A stretch of DNA of 32,361 nt from Paraburkholderia sp. GTDB lineage: Bacteria; Pseudomonadota; Gammaproteobacteria; Burkholderiales; Burkholderiaceae. Position numbers and translations under genes: made by a program. This document shows positions 27,261 to 32,361 of this stretch, in pieces (position 1 is the stretch's first letter; each line of letters opens with the position of its first letter). The notes under the pieces are model-generated. The model saw nothing but the letters and a program-made list of their open reading frames with translations. It was not told where the DNA came from and made no database searches. The DNA lies in NCBI GenBank assembly GCA_049523075.1, contig JBEKNG010000001.1, forward strand, positions 1-32,361, written 5' to 3'.

Positions 27261-28123
27261 GCCAGCTCCAAAAACCGCTCAAGACACGGATTGCGATTCA
27301 CCGGCGACCACACCAGCACCTGTTCGATCAGCGGCGCATCGGCGAGCGGTCGGAACACCACCCCTGCAAGCTGCGCCTTGCGCATCGACGCCGGCACGAG
27401 CGCAACGCCGACCGCCTCGTCGACGAGACTGAGCACCGTCTGCTGCAATTGCACTTCGAAGCGGATATTCGGCTCGAAGCCACCCAGCCGACAATGCTCA
27501 AGAATGGCGGCACGCAAGGTCGGCGCCACTTCCTCCGACGCCAGCACGAACGATTCCTCTGCCAGCTGCGCAATCTTCAACTTTCGCGCCCGCGCTCGCG
27601 GATGGGTCCGCGACAGTGCCACACACAGCGGCTCGCTGACAATCGTGCGCGCAGCGAGACCCTTGTTTGGCACGCTCGGGAACATGATGGCGGCATCGAT
27701 CTGGCCGGCCAGCACCTGCGCAGCAAGATCGTTCGAGACCACCTCGCGCAAATTGAGCGCCACCTCCGGATACGCCGAACCGAAAGTCCGCGCATAGCCC
27801 GGTACCACGCTGTACGCGGCGCACATCGTAAAGCCGATCGCCAGCGTGCCGGTATCTCCATGCGCGGCCGCCTGCGCGTTGCGTGCGGCCTGCTCGATTG
27901 CGCTGAGAATCGCCTTGGCGTCCGCGTAGAAACGCTCGCCGGCCGCCGTTAGCGTGACGCTGCGCGGACTGCGCTCGATCAGCGTGACGCCGAGACTCGC
28001 TTCCAGCGCTGCCAGTTGGCGGCTCAACGGCGGTTGCGACAGGTTGAGCCGCGCCGCAGCGCGGCCGAAATGGCGGGTCTCGGCGAGCGTCACGAAGTAG
28101 CGGAGCGGTTTGACGTCGATCAT
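27257..28123 (-). CDS. LysR-family transcriptional regulator
   Basis: MIDVKPLRYFVTLAETRHFGRAAARLNLSQPPLSRQL HTH. Confidence 0.94.
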   Translation of the reverse strand: MIDVKPLRYFVTLAETRHFGRAAARLNLSQPPLSRQLAALEASLGVTLIERSPRSVTLTAAGERFYADAKAILSAIEQAARNAQAAAHGDTGTLAIGFTMCAAYSVVPGYARTFGSAYPEVALNLREVVSNDLAAQVLAGQIDAAIMFPSVPNKGLAARTIVSEPLCVALSRTHPRARARKLKIAQLAEESFVLASEEVAPTLRAAILEHCRLGGFEPNIRFEVQLQQTVLSLVDEAVGVALVPASMRKAQLAGVVFRPLADAPLIEQVLVWSPVNRNPCLERFLELA

Positions 28124-28124
28124 G

Positions 28125-28139
28125 ATGCAAAAAAGGTAT
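28125..28139. promoter_or_regulatory. LysR recognition box (T-N11-A)
   Basis: ATGC-AAAAAAG-GTAT, one mismatch from ATAC-N7-GTAT, abutting the lysR start in the divergent region. Confidence 0.6.
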
Positions 28140-28231
28140 TGTTGAACACCTGAAACAGTATTTGATTGTATCAACGCGAACCACTACTCTGGTAAATCGT
28201 CTTTTCTCCGCCCACGTGCCCGGCCTCACCG

Positions 28232-29182
28232 ATGTTATCGACCCTAGAGATTCTGCTCCCCGTATTCGGCCTGATTTTCGCCGGTTTCGTGTGCCGCAAG
28301 CGCGGCCTGCTGGGTCCCACGGCCGCGTCGGAACTGAACCGCTTCGTGGTGTGGCTCGCGCTGCCCGCGCTGCTCTTCGACATCATGGCTCACGCCACCT
28401 GGCATCAGCTGTATCAGCCCGCGTTTGTCGCTACCTTCGCGCTCTCTTGCGCCGGGGTATTCGTGCTGATCCTCGCCGTGCGTCTGCTGAGCGGCCGGCA
28501 CCTGGCTGACGCCAGCGTCGACGCCATTGCCGGCTCGTATCCGAACACCGGCTACATCGGCTTTCCGCTGTGCATGATCGCGTTCGGACCGGTCAGCCAG
28601 ACGCCGACCACGATCGCCACGATTCTCGTCGCCTGCGTGTTGTTTGCGATCGCGATTGTCCTGATCGAAGTGGGTCTGCAGACCGAGCGCGCGCCGCATC
28701 GGCTGGCGCTGAAGGTAGTGGGTTCGCTGGCGCGCAATCCGCTGATCGTCTCGCCGATCGTCGGCGTGCTGCTCGCCAGTGTGCACGTCACGCTGCCGCA
28801 AAGCGCGGAGACGTTTTTGAAACTCCTGGGCGGTGCCGCGAGCCCGTGCGCGCTGGTGAGCCTTGGCCTGTTCCTCGCAGAAAAGCGCGAAGGTAAGGCT
28901 GACGCGGCGAAACCCGGCGCTTCGCTGCTGCTGACCGGCACCAAGTTGCTGCTGCAACCGGCCTTGACCTGGTGGCTCGCCGCACGCGTGTTTACGCTGT
29001 CGCCGCTGCTCGTCGAAATGGCCGTCGTGCTGGCCGCCCTCCCCACCGGCACCGGCCCGTTTATGCTCGCCGAGTTCTATCGGCGCGAAGCGCACATCAC
29101 GTCGCGGACCATTCTTCTGTCGACCGTGGGTTCGCTCGTGACGCTCTCGCTGTTGTTGCTGTTTATGCGGCACGGCGCCTGA
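28232..29182 (+). CDS. AEC (auxin efflux carrier/malonate MdcF-like) family transporter
   Basis: LNRFVVWLALPALLF, NTGYIGFPL, ASPCALVSLG, ALPTGTGPF; about 10 TM segments. Confidence 0.9.
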   Translation: MLSTLEILLPVFGLIFAGFVCRKRGLLGPTAASELNRFVVWLALPALLFDIMAHATWHQLYQPAFVATFALSCAGVFVLILAVRLLSGRHLADASVDAIAGSYPNTGYIGFPLCMIAFGPVSQTPTTIATILVACVLFAIAIVLIEVGLQTERAPHRLALKVVGSLARNPLIVSPIVGVLLASVHVTLPQSAETFLKLLGGAASPCALVSLGLFLAEKREGKADAAKPGASLLLTGTKLLLQPALTWWLAARVFTLSPLLVEMAVVLAALPTGTGPFMLAEFYRREAHITSRTILLSTVGSLVTLSLLLLFMRHGA

Positions 29183-29341
29183 ACGCGGACGCGGCGGTGC
29201 GACGCGCTCGCACCGTGACACGTCGCGACATATCTCGCACATATCTTTTAACAGTGCCCGTCCCTAGACTTGTTTCATGGGACGCGACGGCAATCGGTGC
29301 CGTAGACGATTCGTCCCCTCACGAGTCGGAACAGGCACACG

Positions 29342-30220
29342 ATGATATCCACAGGAAAAATTTCGCTCTTTGCTACAGCGATTGTCGTTAGCGCGTCGAT
29401 GATCGAAGCATGGGTGCTCAGCCGTAAAAAAACCGCGCATTTCGACTGGCATGAAGTGATGCTGTCATTGGCAGATCTGGTCGGCCGCAAGCTGCTCGCG
29501 CTCTTGCCGTTATCGCTTGCGGCGCCGATCTTCGCGTTCGCGTGGGACCACCGTATTTATACGGCTACCATTAACAGCGCGTTGATGGTGTTGCTGCTGT
29601 TCGTCGGACAGGAGTTCTTCTATTACTGGTATCACCGTGCATCGCACCGCATCCGTTTCTTCTGGGCGACGCACGCGGTTCACCATTCGCCGAATCAACT
29701 GACGCTCTCCTCGGCATACCGGCTCGGCTGGACAGGGAAACTGACCGGTGCAGCGATGTTCTTCACGCCGCTCGTCTGGCTCGGCATCCGCCCCGAAGTG
29801 GTGCTGACGACGTTGATGATCAATCTGCTGTATCAGTTCTGGCTGCACAACACGTGGATGCCGAAGCTAGGCTGGCTGGAATATGTATTCAACACGCCGT
29901 CCGCCCATCGCGTGCACCACGCCTCGAATACGGCGTATCTGGATGCGAACTACGGTGGTGTACTGATTATCTTCGATCGCCTGTTCGGCACCTACGTCGC
30001 GGAGCGCGACGATCTGCCCTGCCGCTACGGCCTCACGACGCCGACGCGCTCCCACAATCCCTTCGTTGTGCAGTTCGAACATTGGGTGAGCCTCGCTCGA
30101 GACATTGCATCGTCGAAGCGTCCGTGGACCGCGATCGAATACGTGCTGCGTCCGCCTGGATGGAGGCCGGACGGGGCGGGGGAGACAACGGAGGATTTGC
30201 GGCGAGGGGTTGCACGCTGA
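29342..30220 (+). CDS. Sterol desaturase/fatty-acid hydroxylase superfamily protein
   Basis: His boxes YYWYHRASH, HAVHHS, HRVHH; NYGGVLIIFDRLFGT. Confidence 0.9.
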   Translation: MISTGKISLFATAIVVSASMIEAWVLSRKKTAHFDWHEVMLSLADLVGRKLLALLPLSLAAPIFAFAWDHRIYTATINSALMVLLLFVGQEFFYYWYHRASHRIRFFWATHAVHHSPNQLTLSSAYRLGWTGKLTGAAMFFTPLVWLGIRPEVVLTTLMINLLYQFWLHNTWMPKLGWLEYVFNTPSAHRVHHASNTAYLDANYGGVLIIFDRLFGTYVAERDDLPCRYGLTTPTRSHNPFVVQFEHWVSLARDIASSKRPWTAIEYVLRPPGWRPDGAGETTEDLRRGVAR

Positions 30221-30323
30221 GGGGGTTGTTCCCGGATATCCCTTCTTCGATTATCGGACCCGTCCATGGAGCTTTTGTGAAATGAGCGAAAGCACAACGA
30301 CAAGGCCGCGGCCAGACTACGCG

Positions 30324-31472
30324 CTAACTACGAATCAAACCCGTCAGCGGCTGTGTCGAGCCTGCTTGCGCAAAAAGCGCGGCCGCGGTTCGATGTGGGT
30401 CGAGTCCAAGGCTCTCGCTCGCGGCGCCCGCAATCAAACCGTCGAGCGCCGTGGTCGCCCGCAGATCGCGCGCCTGGTAGAGATCGTTCGGCTTCAGTCC
30501 CGGCCAGTCGCCGAGTACGCGCCCGCCGTTCACGGCCCCGCCTATCAGCATCGCTACCGATCCGGTCCCATGATCCGTGCCGCCCGTGCCGTTGGCAGCC
30601 GCGGTGCGGCCGAACTCGGTGGCCGCCAGCACGGTCGTCTTACCCCACAGCGGCCCGAGGCCATTGCGCAAGGAAGCGAGCATCGTGTCGAGCGCTTTCA
30701 ACTGATTCGCGAGGCGCGGGTTCTGTGCGCTATGTGTGTCCCAGCCGCCGGTTTCGATCATCGCCAGCCGCGGACCGTCCTCCCGTGACAGAAAACTCGC
30801 GGCGAGCTTGCCGAGGCTCGCCGGATCCTGGCGCGCATCAGCGTCGCCAGCAAGACCGCGCGCGGCCATTGCGGATTCCCAGAGCGGCCCGAGCTGCGCG
30901 TCCTGCTCGTAAAGCTGCGAGACGCGCACGAGCAGATCGTCGGGCGCTTGCGGCAATCCAGATGGCGCGTACGACGTGACATCCGCTTTGCCGCGCAGTG
31001 CCATGGGTACCGTTGGTGCAAACGCAATGGCGTTTTCGTGCGTGGCGGGCATCATCGCGACCAGCCGGTTCAGCCAGCCGTCCTTCACCTGATATGGCGA
31101 GGTGCCGCCGGTTTCCAACACATTCTGGCCATCGAAGTGCGAGCGGTCCCGATAGGGCGAAGCCACCGCGTGCACAAACAACGCCTCGCCGGACGCGTAC
31201 ATTTTCGCGGTCTCGGCAAGCGACGGATGCAACGCAAAGGTGCCGTTCAGTTTGGTCGTCGTCGACGTATCGATAGCGAGCGTACCGCGCAAGCTCTGGT
31301 AGGACGGCTCGGCATACGGCACCACGATGTTCAGACCGTCGGCCGCGCCGCGCTGGATCACGAAAACGAAGCGGCGATCGGTCTCGACGCTCGCGAAGGC
31401 CATGTGTGGCGACGCGAGAATCGCGCCAGCACCGGCTGCGGCGAAGCTAAGAAATTGGCGACGGGAAATCAT
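30324..31472 (-). CDS. DUF1501 family protein (Tat-exported)
   Basis: MISRRQFL twin-arginine signal; QRGAADGL, RSHFDGQ, GGWDTH, TEFGRT..NGTGGTDHG. Confidence 0.88.
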   Translation of the reverse strand: MISRRQFLSFAAAGAGAILASPHMAFASVETDRRFVFVIQRGAADGLNIVVPYAEPSYQSLRGTLAIDTSTTTKLNGTFALHPSLAETAKMYASGEALFVHAVASPYRDRSHFDGQNVLETGGTSPYQVKDGWLNRLVAMMPATHENAIAFAPTVPMALRGKADVTSYAPSGLPQAPDDLLVRVSQLYEQDAQLGPLWESAMAARGLAGDADARQDPASLGKLAASFLSREDGPRLAMIETGGWDTHSAQNPRLANQLKALDTMLASLRNGLGPLWGKTTVLAATEFGRTAAANGTGGTDHGTGSVAMLIGGAVNGGRVLGDWPGLKPNDLYQARDLRATTALDGLIAGAASESLGLDPHRTAAALFAQAGSTQPLTGLIRS

Positions 31473-31477
31473 GGCGT

Positions 31478-32361
31478 TTATCTCCGTTGAAAGTCGGGCG
31501 ACACGAGCAGCAGCGCGATCGCGGTCGAGGCGCTCTCGGCGCGTGACACCGCCGTCTGGGTCGGCACACTGATCGAACCGACCAGCAGCGTCTGTCCCAA
31601 GGTGCGCGGATCGATCCGGTCGCCGACGCGCGACGCAAAGCGCTGTGCCACTTCCACACGACGCACCAGCGCGTCGGGGGCTGCCCAGCTCGCGGCAATG
31701 TCGTCGTAGCCGGCGGGCGAGCCCGGCCGCCACACAGGCTCGCCGAGCTGCGTGAGCAGCGGCGCGCCCTGCAGGTTGCCAAGGTCTTGCCAGCCGAGGC
31801 CGCGCATCGACGAGATGGTCCATTCCCACGGCGTTTTGAATTTCACCGCGACGGGCGACCACGCTTCCGGGGAATCCACCAGCGCGCGATAGACCGTTGG
31901 CAAGTCGCCGCCGCTACGCTCGAACGCGTTTGCGAGCCGTTCAGTGACCGCAGTTGGTGGGTTGTCCGAAACAAAGTGACGCGCCAGCTTGCCAGCAATG
32001 TGCTGCGCAGTCGCCGGCGACGCCGCGAAGTCGTGCAGGATCGCCCGTGCCTGATCTTCGCCCTGCTGATCGTAGCGGCGTCCCATGATGGTCCGCGAAC
32101 CCGGCTCGTGAACTTGCGGACGAAACACAAAGCTGCCGGGCGCAGCGCCGTTCGGCTGCGGCCCCTTCACGCCGGCCACGCTCCATCCTGTGAGTGCGCG
32201 GGCAAACTCGGTGACATCGGCTTGCGTATAGCCGCTGCGCACGCCAAGCGTGTGCAGTTCCATGATTTCGCGTGCGAGGTTCTCGTTGAGCCCGCGCCTG
32301 TTGTCGGGATTGCGTTGTTCCGCCCGCAGCGCGGCCATGCTGTCGGGCCCTACGGAGCGTG
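31478..32361 (-). CDS. DUF1800 family protein (3' part; start outside window)
   Basis: NENLAREIMELHTLGV, YTQADV..FARALTGW, LVSPDFQRR C-terminus; usual partner of DUF1501. Confidence 0.88.
   Translation of the reverse strand, partial: RSVGPDSMAALRAEQRNPDNRRGLNENLAREIMELHTLGVRSGYTQADVTEFARALTGWSVAGVKGPQPNGAAPGSFVFRPQVHEPGSRTIMGRRYDQQGEDQARAILHDFAASPATAQHIAGKLARHFVSDNPPTAVTERLANAFERSGGDLPTVYRALVDSPEAWSPVAVKFKTPWEWTISSMRGLGWQDLGNLQGAPLLTQLGEPVWRPGSPAGYDDIAASWAAPDALVRRVEVAQRFASRVGDRIDPRTLGQTLLVGSISVPTQTAVSRAESASTAIALLLVSPDFQRR

Overview
GC-rich betaproteobacterial chromosomal window; gene content and codon style suggest Burkholderia/Paraburkholderia (inference). (i) 1-7000 is a heterogeneous accessory segment: the 5' part of a type-B carboxylesterase, a LysR, a membrane protein, an orphan OmpR-family regulator, an esterase, two lipoproteins (one only 33 aa) and gene remnants (dgoK-like, possibly cupin-like). 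(ii) 7072-15385 is a complete, translationally coupled abm-type (2-aminobenzoyl-CoA/salicylyl-CoA monooxygenase) aromatic catabolic operon with an embedded MarR, followed by an internally deleted dienelactone hydrolase-SnoaL gene. (iii) 16201-26428 is a detoxification/resistance-like neighbourhood: GST, DHA2 MFS, AraC-GyrI, flavin reductase, APH(6)-like kinase, MocR and two GNATs. (iv) The remainder holds a LysR/AEC transporter pair, a fatty-acid hydroxylase/sterol desaturase and DUF1501/DUF1800. The main finding is a short threonyl-tRNA synthetase lacking the editing domain (19601-20848, minus strand). It is preceded by an unannotated 28-codon Thr-rich leader peptide (MDLYSLSFAAVTTTTTTLTGGSSGGCAR) and a cascade of mutually exclusive hairpins that ends in a Shine-Dalgarno-sequestering stem. 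This looks like an accessory ThrRS induced by Thr-tRNA shortage through ribosome-mediated attenuation. No IS, integrase, tRNA/rRNA or CRISPR array was seen. All family calls come from motif recognition by eye, not database searches.
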